Below are positions 56,727 through 64,000 of a stretch of DNA of 64,000 bases, in pieces (within the stretch, counting starts at the first letter, position 1; each line of letters begins with the position of its first letter). The stretch lies in NCBI GenBank assembly GCA_022793655.1, contig JAAWDG010000011.1, positions 115,135 to 179,134 of the forward strand, given 5' to 3'. Below the pieces are notes generated by a model. That model ran no database searches. It was not told the origin of the DNA and saw only the letters and a program-made list of their open reading frames with translations. The position numbers were made by a program, and so were the translations under genes. The DNA comes from Clostridiales bacterium (lineage in GTDB: Bacteria; Bacillota; Clostridia; Oscillospirales; CAG-272).

Positions 56727-57624
56727 ACGATTGATAGGCATTTTATCCATATTGTTACAGCAACAAAAGGTAACAGCCCCCTACTTAGCTGAAAAATTTG
56801 AGGTGTCACGCCGCACGATTCAACGGGATATTGAAGCGCTTTGTCAAGCGGGCATTCCGTTAGTAACTGAACCAGGTACTAAAGGCGGTGTTTCGATTAT
56901 GGAAGGATATACGATCGATCGCACTTTGCTTAGCACCTCGGATATGCAGGCGATTTTGGCTGGACTTCGCAGCTTAGACAGTGTAAGCGGCACCAATCGA
57001 TATGTTCAATTGATGGAGAAGTTGTCGGCGGGCGCTTCTAATTTGTTAGCAGGGGATGCGCATATATTAATCGATCTTTCTTCATGGTATAAAACATCGC
57101 TGGCCCCTAAAATTGAATGTCTGCACGAAGCCATATTATCGGCAAGAAAAGTATCTTTTCTGTATTATGCACCAAAGGGTGAATCGGTGCGGATAATCGA
57201 GCCTTATCATATTATTTTCCATTGGTCGAATTGGTATGTGTGGGGATGGTGCGAACTGCGGGCGGATTTTCGTCTTTTTAAATTGGGACGGATGGTTGAG
57301 CTCAAAATGGACGAGCCTTATACCAAACGCATTGTTCCAGAGCCGGATTTTTCTAACGAACGGATTTTTCCTGCTGTCTATCAAGTGAAAGCGAAAATTG
57401 CTCCTGTATACAAATGGCGGTTGGTAGAAGAATATGGTTTAGAAAGTTTTGTAGAGCAGCCAGATGGCACGTTGCTTTTTTCCTTTGGGTTTACAGATAA
57501 AAGAAGCGTGGTTGGTTGGATCGCGTCTTTTGGAGAGGGGGCAGAGCTTTTAGAACCGGCTGAACTTCGTAAGGATGTTTTGGCGTTTGCAGAAAATATT
57601 CGGAAAAAATATATGCAATCATGA
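56716..57624 (+). CDS. HTH-WYL-domain transcriptional regulator (YafY-like)
   Basis: HTH APYLAEKFEVSRRTIQRDIEAL. WYL region FHWSNWYVWGWCELRADFRLFKLGRM. TTG start 6 nt after ggagg. Overlaps the upstream gene by 11 nt. Confidence 0.8.
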   Translation: MKLERLIGILSILLQQQKVTAPYLAEKFEVSRRTIQRDIEALCQAGIPLVTEPGTKGGVSIMEGYTIDRTLLSTSDMQAILAGLRSLDSVSGTNRYVQLMEKLSAGASNLLAGDAHILIDLSSWYKTSLAPKIECLHEAILSARKVSFLYYAPKGESVRIIEPYHIIFHWSNWYVWGWCELRADFRLFKLGRMVELKMDEPYTKRIVPEPDFSNERIFPAVYQVKAKIAPVYKWRLVEEYGLESFVEQPDGTLLFSFGFTDKRSVVGWIASFGEGAELLEPAELRKDVLAFAENIRKKYMQS

Positions 57625-57686
57625 CAAACAGATGTCATGATTGTTTTGATAGAATAAGAACATCAAAAGAAAGGGTGGTCTTATCA

Positions 57687-58148
57687 ATGAATTATGAAAT
57701 TGTAAATCTGGAAGAAAAAATAGCGGTGGGGATATCGGCTAAAACAAATAATCAATCCCCTGATGCGGGCGCGGTGATTGGCGGACTGTGGCAGCGTTTC
57801 TTTGGTGAGGGCATTTATGCTTCGATTCCTGGTAAAGTAAACGAAAAGGCGCTTGGTATCTATACCAATTATGCCGACGATGAAAAAGCGGATTATACGG
57901 CGCTTGTTGCTTGTGAGACAGATAAAGAACCGACCGAAAGTGCATTAACTGTATGTAAAATACCCGCTGGACGGTATGCCAAATTTGTGATTCACGGTGA
58001 TATGGTGCAGGCGGTGAGCGCTGCCTGGCAAGCAATTTGGTGCATGGATCTGCCAAGATCGTTTCAGTGTGATTTTGAAGAATACCAGGATGACAAAATG
58101 GACAATGCCGAAATTCATATTTATGTAGGACTACGCGCTGAATCATAA
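57687..58148 (+). CDS. GyrI-like small-molecule-binding domain protein
   Basis: MNYEIVNLEEKIAVGISAKT...FEEY... pattern. ATG at 57687 follows aagggtgg. Confidence 0.65.
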   Translation: MNYEIVNLEEKIAVGISAKTNNQSPDAGAVIGGLWQRFFGEGIYASIPGKVNEKALGIYTNYADDEKADYTALVACETDKEPTESALTVCKIPAGRYAKFVIHGDMVQAVSAAWQAIWCMDLPRSFQCDFEEYQDDKMDNAEIHIYVGLRAES

Positions 58149-58178
58149 AAAAACAATCAATGTGGGGAGAATGATCAG

Positions 58179-58511
58179 ATGGCATCTCATTTAGATTTTG
58201 TTGAATATGTTGTTGACCAATTGAGTGAGGCGGGCAATATTACTTATCGAAAGATGTTTGGCGAATATGGACTCTATTGTGACGGAAAAATTGTGGCTTT
58301 GGTATGTGACAATCAGCTTTTTGTTAAAATAACCGATTCCGGCCGGCATGTTTGGCCTGATTTACGGGAAGCACCGCCCTATGATGGCGCCAAGAATTAT
58401 TTTCTTGTAGAAGATGTGGAAAACAAAGAACAGTTAGTGACGTTTGTCAGGGCAACTTGTGCTGAACTTCCTGAGCCGAAACCGAAAAAACATAAAAAGA
58501 CTGCTGATTAA
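58179..58511 (+). CDS. TfoX N-terminal-domain protein
   Basis: YRKMFGEYGLYCDGKIVALVCDNQLFVK is the TfoX_N signature. Confidence 0.75.
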   Translation: MASHLDFVEYVVDQLSEAGNITYRKMFGEYGLYCDGKIVALVCDNQLFVKITDSGRHVWPDLREAPPYDGAKNYFLVEDVENKEQLVTFVRATCAELPEPKPKKHKKTAD

Positions 58512-58531
58512 ATCCATACGTATTTTATAAT

Positions 58532-58562
58532 AAAAAACGCAAGCAAAACGCTTGCGTTTTTT
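58532..58562 (+). terminator. Intrinsic terminator
   Basis: aacgcaagc/gcttgcgtt stem followed by tttttt. Confidence 0.8.
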
Positions 58563-58704
58563 GTATAGGGAAGTGAAAAATACCATTTTAAAACCTTGGC
58601 TTCCTCGAATTTTGAAAAGATTGAGATTGAAATTTCATGTAAGTGTGGTATACTATAATTATATGAATAAAACATGTTTAATTTGCCTTGTAAGGAGGAT
58701 GTTA

Positions 58705-60462
58705 ATGGATTTTTTTGATGGCTTGACGATGATAGGCGGCCTATGCTTGTTTTTGTTTGGTATGAATATTATGGGACAATCATTAGAACGCAGGGCCGGC
58801 GGAGCGCTTCGCAGTATTCTTGGCAAGCTGACGACCGGCAAGGCGGCAGGTCTTGCAACAGGACTCGGCGTGACGGCTGTCATTCAAAGTTCGTCTGCCA
58901 CGACAGTAATGGTCGTTGGTTTTGTCAATTCAGGTCTGATGACTCTAAAACAGGCAATCAACGTGATTATGGGCGCTAATGTTGGTACAACCGTTACCGC
59001 GTGGATTTTAAGTTTAGCGGGCATTGAGAGCGGCAATTTTTTCATACGACTGCTAAAACCATCTGCTTTTACACCTATGTTAGCGCTTATTGGTATTGTG
59101 TTTTACATGTTTACCAAAAGCGCAAAGAAAAAAGATACAGGTATGATTTTGCTTGGTTTTGCTACCCTAATGTTTGGCATGGAAACAATGTCGGGGGCGG
59201 TATCGGGCCTTGGTCAAATGACCGCGTTTCAAAACCTATTTGTTTTATTCAAAAACCCGGTCTTGGGGCTGTTAGCCGGTGCTTTTCTCACGGCCGTTAT
59301 TCAGTCAAGTTCTGCTTCTGTTGGTATTTTGCAGGCGTTAGCGGTGACAGGGCAGGTATCGTATGGGGCGGCTATTCCTATTATTATGGGACAAAATATT
59401 GGTACTTGTGTCACAGCGCTCATCTCGTCTGTTGGCGCCAATGTTCATGCAAAGCGAGCGGCAATGGTTCATTTGTCTTTTAATGCGATTGGTTCAGCTG
59501 TATGGCTGTCTGTCTTTTGTTTAATCGATGCGATTTGGAAGCCGTTTATTTTTAATCAACCGGCCTCTTTATTTGGTATTGCCATAGCGCATACGGCTTT
59601 TAACTTTTTATGTACGATTATAATGCTGCCTATGGCCGGTTTGTTGGAAAAATTAGTTACCAAACTCGTTCATGATAAAAAGAAAAATGCAGATCCAATT
59701 GAATTAGACGAAAGATTGTTAAGCACGCCATCAATTGCGATCCAACGCTGTCAGGAATTGGCGGCGGAAATGGCAAATGCAGCCGTATATGTATTAAAAG
59801 AAAGTATTCTTTCACTGAAAGATTATTCCACGGCGCGTGCGGAACAAATTCGGGAAAAAGAAGCTCTGACTGATCATTATGAGGATATTTTGGGTACTTA
59901 TCTGGTCCGTTTAAGCACAAAACCGATAAGTGAGAGTGACAGTTGGCAAGCGACTAAATTGCTTAAAATTATCGGTGATTTTGAACGAATTGCCGACCAT
60001 GGCGTTAATTTGCTTGAATCTGCTGAAGAACTCCAAAATAAGAGCATGGAATTAAGTGTTGAGGCCCGCGATGAATACGATGTCATAGCAAAAGCAGTAA
60101 GCGAGGTGCTTGATCGGACGCTTTTAGCTTTTCTTAATAATGATTTAAATGAAGCGCAAGAGATAGAACCGCTTGAACAGGTGATTGATACGCTTAAAGA
60201 GAAAATTCGTACCAATCATATTTTGCGCTTGCAGCAGGGTCGTTGTTCCATTGACGCAGGATTTGTCTGGTCTGATATTTTAACCAATTTAGAGCGTACT
60301 TCCGATCATTGTTCAAATTTGGCAGGCTGTATCATCGACATGGCGGCGCATCATATGAACATTCATGAATCGCTTCATGCGATTCGCAGTGACAGCGTTA
60401 TCTTTCGGCAGAAATTTGATTACTACTTGGCCAAATATGCTTTGGCCTCTTCCGTCAAATAA
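58705..60462 (+). CDS. Na+/phosphate cotransporter family protein with C-terminal PhoU-like repeats
   Basis: GLCLFLFGMNIMGQSLE, QSSSATTVM and QSSSASVGI repeats. C-terminal PhoU-type helices. ATG at 58705 follows aaggagg; the track start at 58552 is unsupported. Confidence 0.85.
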   Translation: MDFFDGLTMIGGLCLFLFGMNIMGQSLERRAGGALRSILGKLTTGKAAGLATGLGVTAVIQSSSATTVMVVGFVNSGLMTLKQAINVIMGANVGTTVTAWILSLAGIESGNFFIRLLKPSAFTPMLALIGIVFYMFTKSAKKKDTGMILLGFATLMFGMETMSGAVSGLGQMTAFQNLFVLFKNPVLGLLAGAFLTAVIQSSSASVGILQALAVTGQVSYGAAIPIIMGQNIGTCVTALISSVGANVHAKRAAMVHLSFNAIGSAVWLSVFCLIDAIWKPFIFNQPASLFGIAIAHTAFNFLCTIIMLPMAGLLEKLVTKLVHDKKKNADPIELDERLLSTPSIAIQRCQELAAEMANAAVYVLKESILSLKDYSTARAEQIREKEALTDHYEDILGTYLVRLSTKPISESDSWQATKLLKIIGDFERIADHGVNLLESAEELQNKSMELSVEARDEYDVIAKAVSEVLDRTLLAFLNNDLNEAQEIEPLEQVIDTLKEKIRTNHILRLQQGRCSIDAGFVWSDILTNLERTSDHCSNLAGCIIDMAAHHMNIHESLHAIRSDSVIFRQKFDYYLAKYALASSVK

Positions 60463-60492
60463 TGAATGAATATAAGATAAAAATTATGATTT

Positions 60493-60524
60493 GAATGGCA
60501 GAGATTTTTTCTCTGCCATTTGTT
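60493..60524 (+). terminator. Intrinsic terminator
   Basis: aatggcagaga/tctctgccatt stem followed by a T-rich tail. Confidence 0.7.
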
Positions 60525-60533
60525 ATGCGTTTA

Positions 60534-60562
60534 TATTGACCGTTTATCGCTCTAAATTGACC
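60534..60562 (+). promoter_or_regulatory. Direct repeats ATTGACCG x2 with 21-bp period (candidate LytTR boxes)
   Basis: taTATTGACCG (60531-60541) and ctAAATTGACCG (60551-60562), just upstream of the -35. Confidence 0.45.
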
Positions 60563-60577
60563 GATGAGAGAAGAATG

Positions 60578-60606
60578 ATTGCGAGAGTCACTTGGTAATC
60601 TTATAA
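60578..60606 (+). promoter_or_regulatory. Promoter of the lytTR-DUF3021 operon
   Basis: TTGCGA, 17 nt, TATAAT. Confidence 0.55.
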
Positions 60607-60631
60607 TAAAAATGAAAAGGAGGTGATTGTT

Positions 60632-61072
60632 ATGCAAATAGAAATCAAGATTGATGATTCTTATGCAGAGCCCAAAATTGTCATTTTAACAGCATCCATG
60701 ACCGATGAAATTGACAACTTGATAAAGAAAATCTCAAATGAGTCCCCAAAAATTATTTCTGGCCGCAAGGATCATATAGTAGAAATATTAGAGCCTAATG
60801 ATTTGATACGCATTTATACAAACGCAGGTACAACATTGGCTGTAACTAAGAGAGGCGAATATACACTGCGGTGGCGGTTGTATGAGGCAGAACAACGTCT
60901 AAATCCCAATCAATTTGTTCGAATTTCTCAATCTGAGATCATTAACTTGAACAAGGTTGAAAGCTTTGATTTAGGCCTTACAGGCACAATTTGTGTGAAA
61001 TTATTTGATGGTACAGTAACCTATGTTTCCAGGCGATATGTGTCAAAAATTAAAAAAACGTTAGGAATATGA
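60632..61072 (+). CDS. LytTR-family DNA-binding protein (no receiver domain)
   Basis: IVEILEPNDLIRIYTNAGTTLAVTKRGEYTLRWRLYEAEQRL...FVRISQSEIINLNKV. RBS aaggagg. Confidence 0.8.
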   Translation: MQIEIKIDDSYAEPKIVILTASMTDEIDNLIKKISNESPKIISGRKDHIVEILEPNDLIRIYTNAGTTLAVTKRGEYTLRWRLYEAEQRLNPNQFVRISQSEIINLNKVESFDLGLTGTICVKLFDGTVTYVSRRYVSKIKKTLGI

Positions 61073-61082
61073 GGTGATAAAT

Positions 61083-61562
61083 ATGATTCGAAAAATTATT
61101 TTACGCGCTCTTTTGGGCTTTCCCTTGGGCGTAGCGATTGGCTATTTAATTACGATATTGATTTCTTTTATATGGGCGAACGGATATTACGCCCCTTGCG
61201 TGCCTGAACTGACAGCGTTCATGGGCAATGAAATAAACGCCGTTCTTTTACAGACATTTTTGTGCGGCCTTTTAGGCGCTGGTTTTGGAGTTAGTTCTTT
61301 TATTTGGGAAATCGAGAAATGGAGCATTGTGAAACAAACGGGTATATATTTTACGATTGTTTCGCTTATTATGCTGCCCGTAGCTTATGTTGCTCGCTGG
61401 ATGGCGCATAGCTTCTTTGGGTTTTTGCGTTATTTCGGTATTTTTGTTCTTATTTTTGTGATAATATGGATTATACAGTTTTTGATTGGCAAATACAACG
61501 TCAAAAGAATGAACGAAAGTCTGTCCATCAAAAAAATCAAAATGAAACATTTGGATGAATAG
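61083..61562 (+). CDS. DUF3021-family membrane protein
   Basis: 4-TM small protein immediately after the LytTR gene, which is the usual pairing. Confidence 0.65.
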   Translation: MIRKIILRALLGFPLGVAIGYLITILISFIWANGYYAPCVPELTAFMGNEINAVLLQTFLCGLLGAGFGVSSFIWEIEKWSIVKQTGIYFTIVSLIMLPVAYVARWMAHSFFGFLRYFGIFVLIFVIIWIIQFLIGKYNVKRMNESLSIKKIKMKHLDE

Positions 61563-61602
61563 CAGCAAATAACTTAAAAAGGTAATAGAGGAGCGGTGTA
61601 AG

Positions 61603-62277
61603 GTGCGGGATACAATTTTAATTGCAGATGATGAAACGGATATTGTTTCGACGTTGGCCGATTATTTTATGTATAACGATTATCAAGTCATGACCGCGTC
61701 AAATGGTCAAGAAGCCATTGCGAAGGCGGGCAAACAGCCCGACCTCATTTTATTAGATATTAATATGCCTGATGTAGATGGACTGACGGTATGTGCCCGT
61801 ATTCGCCATTTTGTCAGCTGCCCGATTTTGTTTTTGACAGCCAGAACCGAAGACAGTGACAAAATCAAAGCTTTTGGTTTTGGTGGGGATGATTATATTG
61901 TAAAACCGTTTTCACTCGAGGAACTTGGCGCCAGAGTGGCGGCCCATTTAAGAAGAGAGCGCCGCAGAATCGAATCACATAAAGTTCGCTTTGACGATGG
62001 ACTCGCCATTGATTATACCCAGCGCTCTTTGTTTTGCAATGGAGAAAAACTTTCTCTTGCGAAAAAAGAGTTCGCTATTATTGAACTATTGTCCAGCCAT
62101 CCCGGACAAGTTTTTGATAAAGAACGGATTTATGAACTTGTGTGGGGTTATGATAGTGAAGGGGAAGCGTCGGTGGTGGCCGAGCACATTCGACGAATCC
62201 GGGTTAAGTTAAACGAGGCTGGTGTGAAGCCGTATGTGGAAACGGTTTGGGGCGTGGGATACAAATGGGCAAGATGA
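61603..62277 (+). CDS. OmpR-family response regulator
   Basis: ILIADDE...DLILLDINMPDVDG...KPF plus winged helix ETVWGVGYKW. GTG start after gaggag. Confidence 0.88.
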   Translation: MRDTILIADDETDIVSTLADYFMYNDYQVMTASNGQEAIAKAGKQPDLILLDINMPDVDGLTVCARIRHFVSCPILFLTARTEDSDKIKAFGFGGDDYIVKPFSLEELGARVAAHLRRERRRIESHKVRFDDGLAIDYTQRSLFCNGEKLSLAKKEFAIIELLSSHPGQVFDKERIYELVWGYDSEGEASVVAEHIRRIRVKLNEAGVKPYVETVWGVGYKWAR

Positions 62278-63470
62278 AGCATATATTCGATAAACGCTCG
62301 ATTAAAACTGTTTTTATTATCTATACGCTAGTTTGTTTATTAGCGGCTCTTTTACTTTCGTTAATTCTTTCAAATATATGCCAGATGATGCAAGCACAGA
62401 TTTATCAAACATATCAAGTACGTTATGAGATGGATAATCCTGATAGGATTATAGGGTTTGATAGTTCTGATGTAAGCGAGCAAAAGGGTGTTGTTATTTA
62501 TCAGCAGCCGATGAGCCTTTTTGAACATTTTACATCATTTGATCGAACGGTGTATGAGATTTTTGGCGTTTTGAGTGTAGGGGTTTATCCAATTTGTTTT
62601 TTGATTTGTCTTGTGATTACCAGTTTTTTGTTTTATAAACAGCAGATGCAAAAGCCGTTTGTTATTTTAGATAAAGCGGCGGCCCGCATTGCCGAACGTG
62701 ATTTGGATTTCCACATTGCTTATCAAAAAGAGAATGAATTAGGCAGATTATGCACCTCTTTTGAAAAAATGCGACAGGCATTGCAGGAAAATAATAAAGA
62801 AATGTGGCGGCAAATAGAGGAGCGCAAACGATTGAACGCGGCTTTTTCACATGATTTAAGGACACCGCTCACGGTTTTAAAAGGACAGAGCGAATTATTA
62901 GCGCAATATGCAGACAAGATGACGGCCGAAAAAGTGATTCATACTGCAGATCTGATGCATCGACATATTACCCGCTTAGAGGCGTATGTAGAAACAATGG
63001 GTGATTTGCAGCGACTTGAGGATATTGAAATAAGGCGAGTCTCTATGCCTTTTGCCGAACTTTGCACCCAGCTTAAAGAAGTGGGAATGACTATTTGCGG
63101 GGATAAGCAATTGATTTGTGAACTGCCTGTAGAACAAACAAAGAGAGTGTGTGTAGATTTTGCTGTTGTTTTGCGTGTGTATGAAAATCTGTTGGCCAAT
63201 GCGGTGCGCTTTTCTGAATCCAAGATCATTACGCAGGTGAAAGTACAGGATGAATTTTTATATCTTTCTGTTTGTGATGATGGAAAAGGATTTGCCGAAA
63301 AAGATTTAAAAAACTTGTTAAAACCTTTTTATAAGACGTCAGAGAAAGACGATGATAAACATTTTGGCATGGGTTTACACATTTGTAAGATCCTTTGTGA
63401 AAAGCATGGCGGTTCTATACAGCTTTGCAATCAGACGGGTGCTTGTGTTACAGCGATATTCAGACAATAA
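62274..63470 (+). CDS. Sensor histidine kinase
   Basis: Two TM segments, HAMP-like linker, H-box FSHDLRTPLT, and HATPase NLLANAVRF...GMGLHICK. ATGA overlap with the regulator; 62265 is an alternative start. Confidence 0.85.
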   Translation: MKHIFDKRSIKTVFIIYTLVCLLAALLLSLILSNICQMMQAQIYQTYQVRYEMDNPDRIIGFDSSDVSEQKGVVIYQQPMSLFEHFTSFDRTVYEIFGVLSVGVYPICFLICLVITSFLFYKQQMQKPFVILDKAAARIAERDLDFHIAYQKENELGRLCTSFEKMRQALQENNKEMWRQIEERKRLNAAFSHDLRTPLTVLKGQSELLAQYADKMTAEKVIHTADLMHRHITRLEAYVETMGDLQRLEDIEIRRVSMPFAELCTQLKEVGMTICGDKQLICELPVEQTKRVCVDFAVVLRVYENLLANAVRFSESKIITQVKVQDEFLYLSVCDDGKGFAEKDLKNLLKPFYKTSEKDDDKHFGMGLHICKILCEKHGGSIQLCNQTGACVTAIFRQ

Positions 63471-63481
63471 AAGCAATTGGG

Positions 63482-63515
63482 AAAAGTTTCTGCTTTAAAG
63501 CAGAAACTTTTTTTA
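63482..63515 (+). terminator. Intrinsic terminator
   Basis: aaaagtttctgc/gcagaaactttt stem followed by ttttt. Confidence 0.8.
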
Positions 63516-63574
63516 CTATGTAGATAAAAAGTTGATAAATTGCGATTATGCTGTATTTGAAAGGAGATTTACAA

Positions 63575-64000
63575 ATGAATCATTGCATAGAAATTAAAAA
63601 TTTGAATCAATTTTATGGAAAGAAACAGGCCCTTCGTGATGTGAATCTTTCTATTTCCCAGGGCATGTTCGGTCTTTTAGGACGGAACGGTGCCGGCAAA
63701 ACAACATTAATGAAAACATTAGCCGCCTTGCTCCCTACAAAAAAAGGTGAGATCACAGTATGCGGCGTTTCCATTCAAAACGTTGCTGAAATACGTCAAA
63801 TGATTGGCTATCTGCCGCAGGACTTTTCTATGTATCCATCCATGAATGTGGGAGAAGTCCTGGAATATTTAGCGATTCTTTCGGGATTAACCAAAGATCA
63901 AAGAAAAGAGAGAATCGAAATGTTATTAAAAAAGGTGAATTTATTTGACCATAGACACAAAAAAGTAAAGGCGCTTTCGGGCGGCATGAAACGACGGCTT
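63575..64000 (+). CDS. ABC transporter ATP-binding protein (3' end outside window)
   Basis: Not in the ORF track because no stop is reached. ATG at 63575 follows aaggag. GLLGRNGAGKTTLMK Walker A and LSGGMKRRL signature. Confidence 0.85.
   Translation, partial: MNHCIEIKNLNQFYGKKQALRDVNLSISQGMFGLLGRNGAGKTTLMKTLAALLPTKKGEITVCGVSIQNVAEIRQMIGYLPQDFSMYPSMNVGEVLEYLAILSGLTKDQRKERIEMLLKKVNLFDHRHKKVKALSGGMKRRL

Noticed and set aside
58552-58704. Long N-terminal extensions given by the ORF track (58552, 13111, 17140, 45772, 57621, 38386, 41955)
   Set aside because: The extensions start at weak or alternative codons without an RBS. Internal ATG/GTG codons with good Shine-Dalgarno spacing match the conserved N-termini of the families.
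1-64000. CRISPR arrays, transposases, integrases, prophage genes, toxin-antitoxin pairs, known defence systems
   Set aside because: I scanned both strands and all intergenic gaps and found no regularly spaced direct repeats and none of the hallmark proteins.

Overview
64-kb chromosomal window that looks like a spore-forming Clostridia-class Firmicute: SLH-domain wall protein, ylbJ/yqfC/yqfD sporulation genes, addAB rather than recBCD. All family calls come from reading motifs in the supplied translations and the DNA; no database search or folding program was run. I support about 55 protein genes, 2 tRNAs (Pro-UGG, Gln-CUG), many intrinsic terminators and several sigma-70-type promoters. Main content in order: TetR fragment; amidase-domain protein; esterase / HxxxD-acyltransferase / zinc-ribbon membrane operon; cold-shock protein; XRE-TPR regulator; a complete vanG-type cluster (vanR-vanS, vanG-vanXY-vanT); tRNA-Pro; a cell-surface module (zinc-ribbon propeller-like protein, degenerate MBL-like lipoprotein, M23-Big2-SLH peptidase); APH-fold kinase; PD-(D/E)XK-like protein; addA/addB; a lone type IIA topoisomerase B subunit; yxeA; tRNA-Gln; murD; ynbB-like; MGDG-synthase-like GT; DAHP synthase; ackA; tmcAL; azlCD; purA; MarR plus heterodimeric ABC exporter; LtaS-like protein; cysteine-desulfurase/DUF3343; capA; ylbJ; yqfC/yqfD; MATE pump; phoH; P-loop kinase / WYL regulator / GyrI-like / TfoX-N; Na-Pi cotransporter; LytTR/DUF3021; OmpR-type two-component system plus ABC ATPase (cut by the window end). 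I found no CRISPR array, transposase, integrase or recognisable defence system. The most unusual signal is non-coding: five paralogous intergenic elements (E1-E5) with the same module order (hairpin, A/T-rich linker, hairpin, TGAC core). They share long identical cores, and their helices differ in sequence but stay complementary. I cannot assign them to any RNA or repeat family I know. Start codons in the ORF track were moved where a Shine-Dalgarno sequence supports an internal start.
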